Made by a program: the position numbers and the translations under genes
In this document: piece by piece, positions 15,783-26,983 of the stretch
Position numbering within the stretch: position 1 is the stretch's first letter
How the letters are laid out: every line of letters starts with the position of its first letter
Assembly (NCBI RefSeq): GCF_009914755.1
Contig: NC_060929.1
Source of the DNA: the human T2T-CHM13v2.0 reference genome, Homo sapiens
DNA length: 64,000 nt
Strand: one strand, 5' to 3'
The notes under the pieces: generated by a model
Seen by the model: only the letters and a program-made list of their open reading frames with translations
What the model was told of the DNA's origin: nothing
The model's database searches: none

Positions 15783-16968
15783 CTGTGAAGAGGGAGGAAG
15801 AGGTAGAGTTATTCTGGCTGCCTCAGAAGGGGGATGGGATGGCCTGACTCCCTCTTTGTTTCTATTCCTTGAGGGCCACCTAGCTCAATACAGGAAGAAC
15901 CACCGTTCCTGATAGCTCACAGCCCCAGATCACCCCAGACCAACCCACTTTTACCGCACACCCAGGGAATAAACAGGAAATAATCTTGTTGAAATAATCC
16001 TTTTGAAGTCCATCACAAAGACCGCCTTTATCTTTCTAGTCCTTTTGGTTTTAACAGGGAATTGAGCTGGGGTGGGGGTAGGGTCTGGGGCGAAGGAGGA
16101 AAAGGTGTTTTTTAGACCTGCTACACCAGAAAGGTACTGGCAGCTGAATCATTGTGAATCCCACTGAATCACCGTGAGTCCCACTGGCTGACTACTTCAA
16201 ACAGGGAGGGCAGGGGATGGCTCTGGGAGGGACGATAAAGGAGCTGCAGGTTTCCCCCAAGAAATACAAACACACAACATATCCCTGACTCAGACATGCT
16301 AACTGCTGGAATGCCAGAATTGGAAGGGCTTCTGGGGAGGCAATTAAGGCAGTCCATCCTTCCTGCCCCCACACCCTGCACCCCACTTAACAGATGAGGA
16401 AACTGAGGTCCAGCAAGCAGAAGTGACTTGCTCCAAGCCCATGTGGGAGAAGCCCTGGTTTGAATCTTGGCTCCACCACTGACTAGCCAGTTCCTCACAT
16501 CCTCACGTTCTCAGTACCCCCAACTCATTACAAAACTACCCCTCAGGAAATGATCAGCCTGGTGAGACTCAGTTTCCTCATCTGTGAAATAGAGATCATG
16601 GCAGTGGCCACTGCTGGGTCTTTTTTAAAGATTACACACTCAGCACAGTGCCTGGCATGCACTAGATGCTCAACAAAAGTCAACTATTATGATCATCATT
16701 ATCCTCAACCCAAGTTCAGAGCTCTTTGTCCCCCTGCCAGTGGTGGAGAAGGGAGCTGGAGGAAGTCAGTACCTGAGGCTCAAACCCCCTTCCCGTCCCC
16801 AGCCTCAGCCATGCTGCCCTGGAGAAACCTTTAGAATTCACGGCCCACATGGTTTTCTCCTTCCCAATTCTATACCATGTAATTCCCCTTTCCATTCTCA
16901 GCCCCTTGTTCCTAGGCCAGTGTTCCAGAATCCCCTAAAGCCCCCAGGAATGCAACGTCAGGACATAC

Positions 16969-17064
16969 CTACGGCCAGCATTAGCTTCTCAAAGTCCCCA
17001 GACAGCTCCCCTCGGATGCTGGCTTCAATCGGCTTCCCTGTGGTCTTCAGATACTCATCGAACA
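16969..17064 (-). CDS. ANXA6: ANXA6 exon 10 (96 nt) (V)FDEYLKTTGKPIEASIRGELSGDFEKLMLAV
   Basis: ORF 16958..17173; cag acceptor, GTATGT donor. Confidence 0.96.
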
Positions 17065-17366
17065 CTGCGTCAGACAGAGAGACAGGGAGGTTTGAGAGTG
17101 CCTCTGTACCCCCGAGAAGAAATGAGGACTTCAAGAGCAGGGGGGCACAGTGGCCAGGACGACTGTCCACCATGAAGCTAGGGCTGGTGCTATGATGGAG
17201 GCGACTGGGAGGTCACGCACATCACCAGCGCTGTGCAGATGAGCTTCATAGCTGGTGAGAGACTGTGTCTCATCCCCTAACATGGAGACAGGACTGGCAC
17301 TGAGATGGAAGGCCAAGCATCCTGTTAATGACTTTGCTGAGGGACTATACAAACTGCTGTCTGATA

Positions 17367-17448
17367 TTAGGTTGGTGCAAAAGTAATTGCGGTTTTTGCC
17401 ATTCCTTTAAAAACGGCAAAAACCGCAGTTACTTTTGCACCAACCTAA
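17367..17448. mobile_element. MADE1 (Hsmar1-derived MITE)
   Basis: 37-bp inverted repeats TTAGGTTGGTGCAAAAGTAA..., TA duplications at 17365-66 and 17449-50. Confidence 0.95.
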
Positions 17449-17586
17449 TAAACTCAGGACTAAAGTTTGGGTTGGGAATGAAGTAGGTATCATGTTCCAT
17501 TAGTGGTAAAGAAAAGAAAAGAGATAAAGAAAGGCATTATTGGCATCAACCCAAGGGAGCAGCTTCAGGTCTTCTCTGGAGCTTAC

Positions 17587-17680
17587 CCAACCGAAGATGC
17601 TGCTTGCTGCGATTTCCCAAGATGTAAATGAACTGGGCTTCATCTGTTCCCCATTTCAGTTCCCCTGCCTCGTATAGGTC
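17587..17680 (-). CDS. ANXA6: ANXA6 exon 9 (94 nt) DLYEAGELKWGTDEAQFIYILGNRSKQHLRL
   Basis: ORF 17546..17830; cag acceptor, GTAAGC donor. Confidence 0.96.
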
Positions 17681-17816
17681 CTGAAGGGGAAGAGGTGGCA
17701 CTTGACTGAAAGAGGAAACCTCAGGAGACAGGACACACTGACCAAGCCACTCAGAACTGCTGCCTGATCCCTGAACACACGAGTAATTGGTAGCCTGAAG
17801 ACCTTTGCAAATAAAA

Positions 17817-18199
17817 CAGTCATGCATCATTTAATGATGGGGATACATTCTGAGAACTGCCATTGTTAGGCGACTTTGCCATTGTGTGATCATAGAGCAC
17901 TCGCACACACCTAGATGGCATAGCCTACTACACACCCAGACTCCGTGGTATAGCCTATTGCTCCTAGGCGGCACACCTACCTGTTCAGCGTGTTATCTTA
18001 CCGAATACTGTAGGCAACTGCAACACAATGGCAAGAATTTGTGTATCCAAACATAAATAATCATAGAAAAGGCACAGTGAAAATATGGGGTTATAATCTT
18101 ATAGGACTAGCATCACATATCTGGTCCATAATCTTATGGGACTAGCATCATATATGTGGTCCATCATTAACCAAAACACCATTATGTGGTACATGACTA
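17817..18199. mobile_element. Tigger3/MER7-type DNA transposon
   Basis: CAGTCATG...CATGACT termini; internal cacacctagatggcatagcctacta. Confidence 0.75.
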
Positions 18200-18919
18200 T
18201 ACCTATATGCCTTTCTTCCTTTCTTTCTGGAGAAACTCCTACTCAACCTTCAAGGCCCAGATTAAGTATTCCATTTTTTTCTCAAAGTACTTCCCGATGC
18301 CCCCAGGCACAGTTCTATTTCCCTCCTTTCCTCCCTCTCCTAGGCTCCCATAGCTTTCTACTTCTTTATCACTTTGATCTACTGTATATGATAATGATTT
18401 CTTCACCTGTCTATCTCCACACTATTGCATGAGCTCCTCAACAACAGGGACTATGTCATAGCATTCTCTGTATCAGCCCCTGTAGTGCTGCTGGCATGTA
18501 CTGGGTACTCAAAACACCTGCAATGTACAGTATATTGATAGAGAAGGTGTTTGTGTGATTAATGTATGCCTGTCTCTCCCGGTACCACTTGATTTTGTTC
18601 ATTAGTGATTTCTAAATGCTTGGCAGAGTGCCTAGCACATGCTAGGTATTTTACTTCAATAATATCTAAAAACTGAATGAATAAAGAAAGCTCCAAAGTA
18701 CACCTCACCAATATACCAATATTACATATGGGATATACCTTTGAAAGATAACTTATATCTTTTCTTCAACAAAGCACCGGTATACATGACAGCTGTGGCT
18801 GGGTTATTTCTGGTATTTGATGCAAATGACTTCACCTCCAGCCCTTCCCAGGGCCCCAACCTCTCCCCTCCCAAGGCTCTTCTGCTGTGCCTCAGGGACT
18901 TTCAGTGGTGCTTGTTTAC

Positions 18920-18976
18920 CTGGACATCCTGTTGTACCAGGTCCTCGCTCACTACGTCATCCTCCTCCCTGGTTCC
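18920..18976 (-). CDS. ANXA6: ANXA6 exon 8 (57 nt) GTREEDDVVSEDLVQQDVQ
   Basis: Manual translation; cag acceptor, GTAAAC donor. Confidence 0.95.
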
Positions 18977-20748
18977 CTGGGCAGAAAGACAAAGAACATG
19001 TGTTTCAAACACTGCAAAGTCAGGAGGGAGGCCTGGATGCCAGTGGTGGAGACAGGGAAAGCAGGAAAACCCTGGTGGCCCAGATGTGTCCAGAAGCAGT
19101 GACTGCTATTGCATGAAGACCACAGTATCTATTTTGTGAGCCAATCAAAAGGGACCCTCCCTCTGGCCTTTCCCTTCCTCGTCAGGGCTGGGTCCACACA
19201 GGAGAGTCCCAAGAACAACCAAGGTTCTTCCAGGTGTCCCCAGCCCAGAGGTAGGCAGAGCCTTGCCCTGAGGACCTCTCTGAGGACAGGGCCCCAGGTT
19301 CTCGAGGGTCCCTGCCACAGATCCTGCATGGCCCATGACACTCCTCCAGCAACGATTCCACAGGGGCAAAGGATCTGAACATTTGCATTCTATTAGGAGC
19401 TCTTATACCTTAACTTAAAGAATTCACCAATAAGGATTTGGGACTCAGGTCCCAAGATCTGAGCTCACAAGCTACAAAGTCACCAAATCCTAATGGTGCT
19501 TCTGTTGTTCTGCCCATGCCCTTTGCCTCATCTGATAGAGGAAGCTTACACATAGGAGGATGCACAAAGGGAAGAGGGGCGAGCAGTACTCAACTCCTTC
19601 TTACGTGGGCAGAGGTCTGCAGGTGGCCTGGAGAGGTCTATGGCCATCCCCTCTTCCCCCTGGATTGTGCATTCCAGGATCTCAAACCCCCAGGGTTCTC
19701 TTTGGGACTGAGCAGAAGACAGAGCTGGCAAGCTTACAATGTGTGCCGCGCTGCTGCTTGGTGTCAAACCTTGAGGATACAAAACGCTTGACTCCAAGAT
19801 ACAGGGATAGGACACTCCTCTCCAGAACAAGCAGCTTTGAAAATGGGGCACAGGTCACACTGTCCCACTCCTGAGGTTTCTCCTGATCATTCCCCAGCTG
19901 GTTAATATGGGATTGTTATGGCAATGAGAGGAACAGAGTTGGGAGGAGCTGGTATAAAAGGGAAATGGGGGAACGAGGAAACATAGTGGTGGCTTAATTT
20001 ATATATAAAGTTTCATAACCATTTGGTCCTTGGAGCTGAGCTTGAGACATCTCAATGCCTGTTCCCATCGTGCCTGTGGTCACAGAGATACCTACAGAGC
20101 CAGGTAGATAACATTCACGGTGAAACGGGCAGGACGCATATGCTCTCCAGCCCACTGCAGTCGTGCAGAATGCAGGTCTGCTGCTACCGCAACTTTCAAT
20201 ACATTAAAATAATCCAGAAATCTGGTTTTTGAGCAAAATCTCACAATTTTTAAATGTTAGCAACTAACTCAAACTTGTTTTGCTTTCTTTCTTAAAACAC
20301 ATTTTATGGGAAAACAAACAAAAAATCCAACTTGGCAGGTTGAATTCAGCCACAGACACCAATTTGTAGCCTCCTAATAGTCTCTTTGTGATATACTTTG
20401 GGCGGGCGGTGAGGAGGCAATAAGGCTCGGATGTGGGAGACTCCACACAGTAGCCACAGGAATGCTGGGGTCCAGAAATGCTGCATGTGCAGCTGCAGAA
20501 GCAATGGCAGGAAGGAGGCCCAGAGAGGAGCGGGAGGAGCGAGTGTGGAGAGAGGAAGAAAATCACAGCAGAAGACACTCCTGGGCACGAGAGGACTGTG
20601 TGCCAAAGAGAAAGAGGATTAGCCAAATACACCTGCCTGTGCAAACCAGGGGAAGCTGACCAGACCCTGGACATTCAGATCTACACCCAGATGAGCCAGA
20701 CAAAAGCTATCCCAAGCTCCAGAGGAAAAAAATAGGCTGTGAACCAAC

Positions 20749-20828
20749 CTGGAGCAGGACCACAAGCATCTTCTGGAAGTGGCCAGAGGTGTCGCCGATG
20801 ATGTCAGCCTCCAGGTCCCGCTCGTAGG
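20749..20828 (-). CDS. ANXA6: ANXA6 exon 7 (80 nt) (A)YERDLEADIIGDTSGHFQKMLVVLLQ
   Basis: ORF 20707..21156; cag acceptor, GTTGGT donor. Confidence 0.96.
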
Positions 20829-21723
20829 CTGCAGAAAGGAACGCAAGCTCTAGTCTCATCCCCAGAGACCTCAGGGATCTAGGATAAAGGGCCCTGCTGC
20901 CCCCAAAATGATCAGATATTTTTAAGAATTCCAAAACCCAGTCTACACGTCCATCATGGCAAGACCCAGGGTATATTTTCACAGCTCTTCGTACTGACCA
21001 TGATATGATGAAATGGAATCTGTTCATTCTCTCTAGCCCACCTATACCATGACGGCCCACCTGGACAGTGGCTACAGCTTTCCGATGGTTCTCTCCTCCT
21101 CTATTCTCAATTCCTTTCCAACCCACGGCAACAAGGATGGCTGTCTTAAAACCCATATCTGATCATCATACTCCCCAACTTCTCATTAGACTCAGAATAA
21201 AACACCATCTCTCTCTTGGCCTGCAGGCCCTGTGTGATCCTGCCCTGTCCTCTACCTGTCTAGCCTTGTACCGGCTACCAGGCTCATTTCTATTTCAGGG
21301 CCTTTGCACTTGCCGTGACCTCTGTTGGAAGGATCTTCTCTCCATTCTTTATACGATTGGTTCCTCATTTCCTCCCAAGACCTCACTGGTAAAAGTTTGA
21401 TTCTTGTTACCTTATTTCCTGTACAACACTTAGCTAAAATCCATCATCACTGTGTTTATCTGTTCACCTGTTTATTGTGTGTCTCCTTCATTATCTCATT
21501 ATCTCATTGGCCTAAGAGAGAGGGACCCCTTTGGTTTTATCCCGAGAACCTAGCACATCACCCAGCACAGAGCAAGTACTTATTGGGTAGATAAATGGGT
21601 GGACAAATGGATCAGAGGAAAGGAGGAGAGAAGGTAGATGGCTAGAATCTTAGTGTCCCCACTGTTGCAATCATCCTCATTTTGTATCTGAAGATCCTAA
21701 GCGGCCCCTCCTGCCCATCTCAC

Positions 21724-21814
21724 CATCTTTGTATGCTGCCACCAGCTGGTGCATCTGCTCATTGGTCCGGGAAGCCAAGATCTCAATGAGGCACTTCTCA
21801 TCAGTGCCAATGCC
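21724..21814 (-). CDS. ANXA6: ANXA6 exon 6 (91 nt) [30 protein letters not shown]
   Basis: ORF 21677..21871; cag acceptor, GTGAGA donor. Confidence 0.96.
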
Positions 21815-21982
21815 CTGGCGGTAGAAAAAGAGCGCATGAATTAAGGGCAGGGATGGGAGGTCACTGGACACAGGTTGGGATCAGGGAGTGGCCAGAGCTA
21901 TGACACCCCAGGACTCAGGAGGTTCCTACCCAGCTCTTAGGCACTGATTGGGAACTGCTGCCTTGAGACTCATAAGACATGG

Positions 21983-22393
21983 TCATATGATTTGGATGTG
22001 TTTCCCCACCAAATCTCATGTCGAATCGTAGACCTGAATGTTGGAAGTGGGGCCTGGTGGGAGGTGGTTGGATCATGGGGGCGGTTTCTCATGAATAGTT
22101 AGCACCATCTCCTTGCTACTGTTCTCACGATCGTAAGTTCTTGTGAGATCTGGTTGTTTAAAAGTATGTAGCACTTCCCCACCTCCCGCCTTGCTCCTGC
22201 TCCCACCATGTGAGATGCCTGCTCCCTCTTTGCCTTCTGCCAAGACTGGAAGCTTCTTGAGGCCTCCCCGGAAGCAGAAGCCACAATGCTTCCTGTTCAG
22301 CCTGCAGAACCATGAGCCAATTCAACCTCTTTTCTTTATAAATTACCCAATCTCAGGTGTTTCTTTATAGCGATGTGAGAATGGACTAAAACA
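21983..22393 (+). mobile_element. MST-type MaLR solo LTR in intron 5
   Basis: atatgatttggatgtgtttccccaccaaatctcatg...ctttatagcgatgtgagaatggactaaaaca. Confidence 0.85.
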
Positions 22394-23170
22394 CAAAGGT
22401 TCTAGTTCTGCCTCCTCCAGCTTTGTGAATTCTCTTCAGAAACTATCTTTTTGGGCCTCAGTTTTCTCATCTGTAAAATGTAGATGATATTAGTTGCTCT
22501 GCCAAACTCACAGGGAGATTGAGAAGATAATAATCTCACATTGCTAAGTGCATCAGTTTATAAAGTGAATTCATGCTTAATAGCTCATAGAAGACAAAGA
22601 TCATAGCACTTTATAGACTGTAAAGTGCTAGATACACTTAAAGGGCTTTGCCTCTCTTTTTCCTAGGGGGCAATTCTCTACCTCTACCTCAACCGGGCTG
22701 AACTACTCTTCATACCCTAAACACAGATCCACAACTTCTCCTGCCATTTTTACACCCTGCAATGACCTTGACACTGCTATCCACCAAATCCTCTCTGGGC
22801 TTTGGGGCTTAACTTGATCCTATTATCCTTCAAGATGCCCTCTCAAACAACCCTTGGCCCAGGGTCGTGTTGATTACCTTTAGTGTGCCCTTGGCCTCAG
22901 GAGTGTTAGACACAATTTGTCTCCATGTCCCTATAACCTGTATCCTTGGACTACAAGCTCCTGGTAAGGGGGTCTGCATCATGTTGACATCTGTCTGCAT
23001 CTCTCTGTGTGCGGATCGGGATGCTCCTCTGGGATAAATTTAGATGTGTCTTTGAAGCAGGACACATGTGCTGGGTGGGTATGGGGCTCACCAGTTGCTT
23101 TTGGAAGAGCCCAGAATCTTCCCATTAACCACATCCCCACCCCAACACCACATACACCCCCACTTCTTAC

Positions 23171-23284
23171 CGAGATGGCATCTTTAATTTCTTTGGCATC
23201 ACAATAGGCAGGTGGCCTCATCAGGCCCACAATCAACCGTTCAAACTTGCCCGTCAATTCATACTTTAAATCAGCAATGAGGTC
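23171..23284 (-). CDS. ANXA6: ANXA6 exon 5 (114 nt) DLIADLKYELTGKFERLIVGLMRPPAYCDAKEIKDAIS
   Basis: ORF 22979..23368; cag acceptor, GTAAGA donor. Confidence 0.96.
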
Positions 23285-23847
23285 CTGGCGAGTGGGGAAG
23301 AAGAGGAGATAGAAGAGGAAAGAGGAAGAAGAGTAGTTACAACGGTAAGAATTACACTTAATGAGCACTGACTCTGGCAGGTGCTGGGCTAAGTAATCTC
23401 ATTAAATCATCACCCTTGGAGGTATGTACTGTTACCAACCCTAAGAGACAGGCTCAGAAACAACAGGGGTCTTACTCCATGTCATGCTGCTAGCAAACGG
23501 CTATGCAGGGTCAGGTCCACAGCCCTGTGCCACTTCCCCACCACTGTCTGTTTCCTCGTTTACTGTGTATCTCTCTCACTATCTGGCAGTCCACAGAGTT
23601 GACACCTCACCCATCTTATTCACTAGTGCAGCCCTAACACCTAGCACGAGCCCAGCATATAGCAGGTGCTGTGGGTGTATTAAAGGCTGAAAGACGCCCA
23701 GCTGATGAGAAGAAAAAGAGCAGGGTAAGGTGTCAGCCCACAGGCTAACCTGGAGTGCCATATCCAGGAAATAACCTGAACGAGCACACAGGTGAATGAA
23801 ATCATTCTTCCACCCGCACCCCATGGGCCTCCGGTTGCTGTGGTTAC

Positions 23848-23942
23848 CTTGCCGTAGAGGGACTTGTAGCTCTGGCAGACCTCCTGCCTCTGCCTGTTGC
23901 TCCGTGAGGTGATTATGTCCAATATGGCCTCCTTGTCACTGC
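23848..23942 (-). CDS. ANXA6: ANXA6 exon 4 (95 nt) (G)SDKEAILDIITSRSNRQRQEVCQSYKSLYGK
   Basis: ORF 23680..23961; cag acceptor, GTAACC donor. Confidence 0.96.
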
Positions 23943-24647
23943 CTGGAATAGGGGAGAGCAATCATCATCCTACCCACCCTGCCTCCAGGAAGCCCACCAG
24001 GGCCACTTCCTTCCCTGGACACAGGCCTAGTAGCTCCCTGCAGGCCTCAGCATGAGCCTTCCACTCATCAGGTGCTGGTGTCAGGGCAGAGGGTCATGGG
24101 GATTTATTAAGTCACGACTGAAAGTGGACACAGCACACACAATATCTGTGCTCAGAAGGCCCCTGATCCAGCTCCTCACTGCACAAATCAGGAAATTAAG
24201 GCCCAGAGAGGGGCAAGAACTTGTCCAAGGTCTCACAATGAACCTGGCTTAGAAAACCCAGGTATCCTAACACCCAGTACAGGGTTCTTTCCACCACAAG
24301 ACAAAGAAGAACATAAGCACCACCTTCGGATTGTGGCTGCCTCTGGGCAAAGGCAGCGGGCGGCATTATCAGGAGGGGGATCTACCAAGGAAACTTCAAC
24401 TATGCTAATGAAGCACTAGTTCTTAAATTTGGTGGTAAATCTATGGGTGAAATTTCTATTATTCTTTATACTTTTTTTCTGAAACATTTTATTATAACAT
24501 CATGAAAATTAATAAAAAGAGGAGACCAAAAAAATGAATAAGTGCACTTCACCATTTCACAGACCCTACCACCACCACCAGAAGGGCTCTGGGCTGTGTC
24601 TACTTTTGGGGGATACCCCTCAAGCTCCCATGAAGCCTGGCACCCAC

Positions 24648-24738
24648 CAAAGCCCTTCATGGCAGTGTACAGAGCCTCGGCATCCTGGTTGGGGTCAAAG
24701 CCTGGGAAGTCATGGATGGAGCCCCGGTACTTGGCACC
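24648..24738 (-). CDS. ANXA6: ANXA6 exon 3 (91 nt) GAKYRGSIHDFPGFDPNQDAEALYTAMKGF
   Basis: ORF 24466..24771; cag acceptor, GTGGGT donor. Confidence 0.96.
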
Positions 24739-25072
24739 CTGTGGAGAAAAAAGTAGAGGGTGAGCTGCCAACCCCGGACTGAGACCAAGCTCCCAGCCCC
24801 AACCTCAGGTCAGATGCCTACCCTGGTCCAGGCTGAGCTGCTTTCCCTGCAAAATCCAGTGCTGGCCACATACACCCTGGGGAGCGGTGTGGATGACTTT
24901 CCCATACCACCTGCTGCAACCCGCCCAAAGGACAGTGCCATTTCCCCAAGGGAGGGGGGCTTGGCCAAGGCCTGCAGCCCTGCACCACCTTCCAAAGCAT
25001 CCAGGAGAGGGTAAAAAAGCCTGGCTGAGTATAGGAGATGAAAATGATCCCTGCAAGAATAGCAAGAGTCAA

Positions 25073-25215
25073 ATATATATATATATATATATATTTTAAG
25101 AGATGGGGTCTCACTCTATTGCCCTGGCTAGTTTTGAATGCCTGGCCTCAAGCAGTCCTCCCACATTGGCCTCCCAAAGTGCTGGGATTACAGGCATGAA
25201 CCAGTGCACCCAGCC
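25073..25215 (-). mobile_element. Alu monomer with (TA)n tail
   Basis: Left-arm Alu consensus. Confidence 0.8.
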
Positions 25216-26684
25216 AGCCCCTCATATTTTTATGGCATTTTATGTTTACACTTTCACCTCTGTGAATGTCATTAGTGTAGCCATTTGTAGACGCTCTTAA
25301 GATTATTTCTATCACAGAAGCCAAGCCCAAAGAAGAGCCACTTGTGGGAGGTCACACAGAACTCAGACCTTTTCCCTCTGCTCTCCAGCCCCCTCTGCTC
25401 TCCAGCTCCAGGAACCTTGCAGGTGCCAGCTACTGAGGGTGGGGTCCTGGGCACAGGGGGCCCAGAGACACTCTCATTTCAATGCCAAGACAAGGCACTG
25501 CCCCTCTGGGCCCAGTAAACTGCGCTGTGAACTGGCATCTGAGGACAAGCTGGCTTGGTCTTTGAGGGGAAGGAGAGAAGCGGCAGAGAGCCAGGGGATC
25601 TTAGACATCGAACCTGAACCTGAATGCACAATGGGACTGGTTCACAGAGAAGTCAGATGTGGGTCAGTTACATGGCACTGAAAAGTGGGGGGTCTGGGAG
25701 AGCAGCTGAGAGCTGGCAGAGTGGAGGATGCCAGAGCCTGTCACCGAGCACACAGCACAGTGACAAGGCACTTCATTTGTGCTAGGCCCTACACTAATGG
25801 CTGAGGAATTGGGGAGAAAGGGGACCCAATTCCTGTCTTTCACGAGCTCCTGGCCCAGTGGCAGAGACAGACAAGCACATCAATTACTATAAAGCTTGTA
25901 GTAAATACATTAAGACAAAAATAAGGTAATGTGGGAAAACAGCAGAGGCTGATCCAGCTGCGGGAAATCAGGAAAGAATCCAAAAAACAGGGAATGGAGG
26001 GTGGGCCACACAGATCTTGCCTTCAAGGAGTCAGAGGTGGAGCAGAGTGAGTCCTGGACCGCCTCCCCCTCTCCCCGTCTCCGTGCCTCCCAACGTCTGC
26101 ACTGCAGGACCCCGGCCAGGCCTCTGGATGCTCTCTGGTCTCTGTCTGCAGAGGCTGGCTCCTCTGAGGTATGCATGCGTCGGCGTGGAGTTACTATTTA
26201 AAGTTCTGACCAGAAAGGAACACAGCTCTCTTCCTGCCACCTGGGAATCCCCTGCAACCTGATCACGCCCCTGGGCAGAGACTTAAAGAGTAACACATGC
26301 CGAATACCCAGAGCAGGGCGCCTTGCAAGGAGCTCGGTGAGCGCAGGATGGGGGCTTTACCGCCAGCGCTCCCCTTGGCCTTACTTCAGACCTCACGGCC
26401 GGAGCTTGAGAAATTCCTGCTGCCTTCTCCACCCCGGCGGGCAGTTTGATCCAGAAACCTCTGAGAGCAGATACCAGATCCATCTGCCCACTGCACAGAG
26501 ATTGACCAAATACTCAAGTATTTGCCACATGAATAAAATGAACAAGAACACGAAACAACTGGGGTCCTCCAGGAATTTCACTTCTAAATCCTTTTCTCTT
26601 TCTTTCTGGACACCTCCAGTCCAGCGATATCAAAAAAGCACAGCAGGCAATATTAGCTACTAGGATGGATGGAGAAACAAGAGG

Positions 26685-26983
26685 TGCCTGGGCACAGTGG
26701 CTCATGCCTGTAATCCCAGCACTTTGGGAGGCTAGACGGGAGACCACTTGAGGTAGGGAGTCAGAGACCAGCCTGGCCAATGTAATGAAACCCTGTCTCA
26801 GCTAAAAATACAAAAATTAGCCAGGCATGGTGGCAGGCACCTGTAATCTCAGCTACTCAGGAGGCTGGGTCAGGAGAATCACTTGAACCTGGGAGGCAGA
26901 GGTTGTAGTGAGCTCAGATCGCATCACTGCATTCCAGCCTGGGCGACAGAATGAGACTGACTCTGTCTCAAAAAAAAAAAAAA
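26685..26983 (+). mobile_element. Alu
   Basis: Consensus; flanking gaaacaaga repeats. Confidence 0.9.

Noticed and set aside
20264-20674. 136-aa minus-strand ORF in intron 7
   Set aside because: Low-complexity, no family resemblance, no convincing exon boundaries
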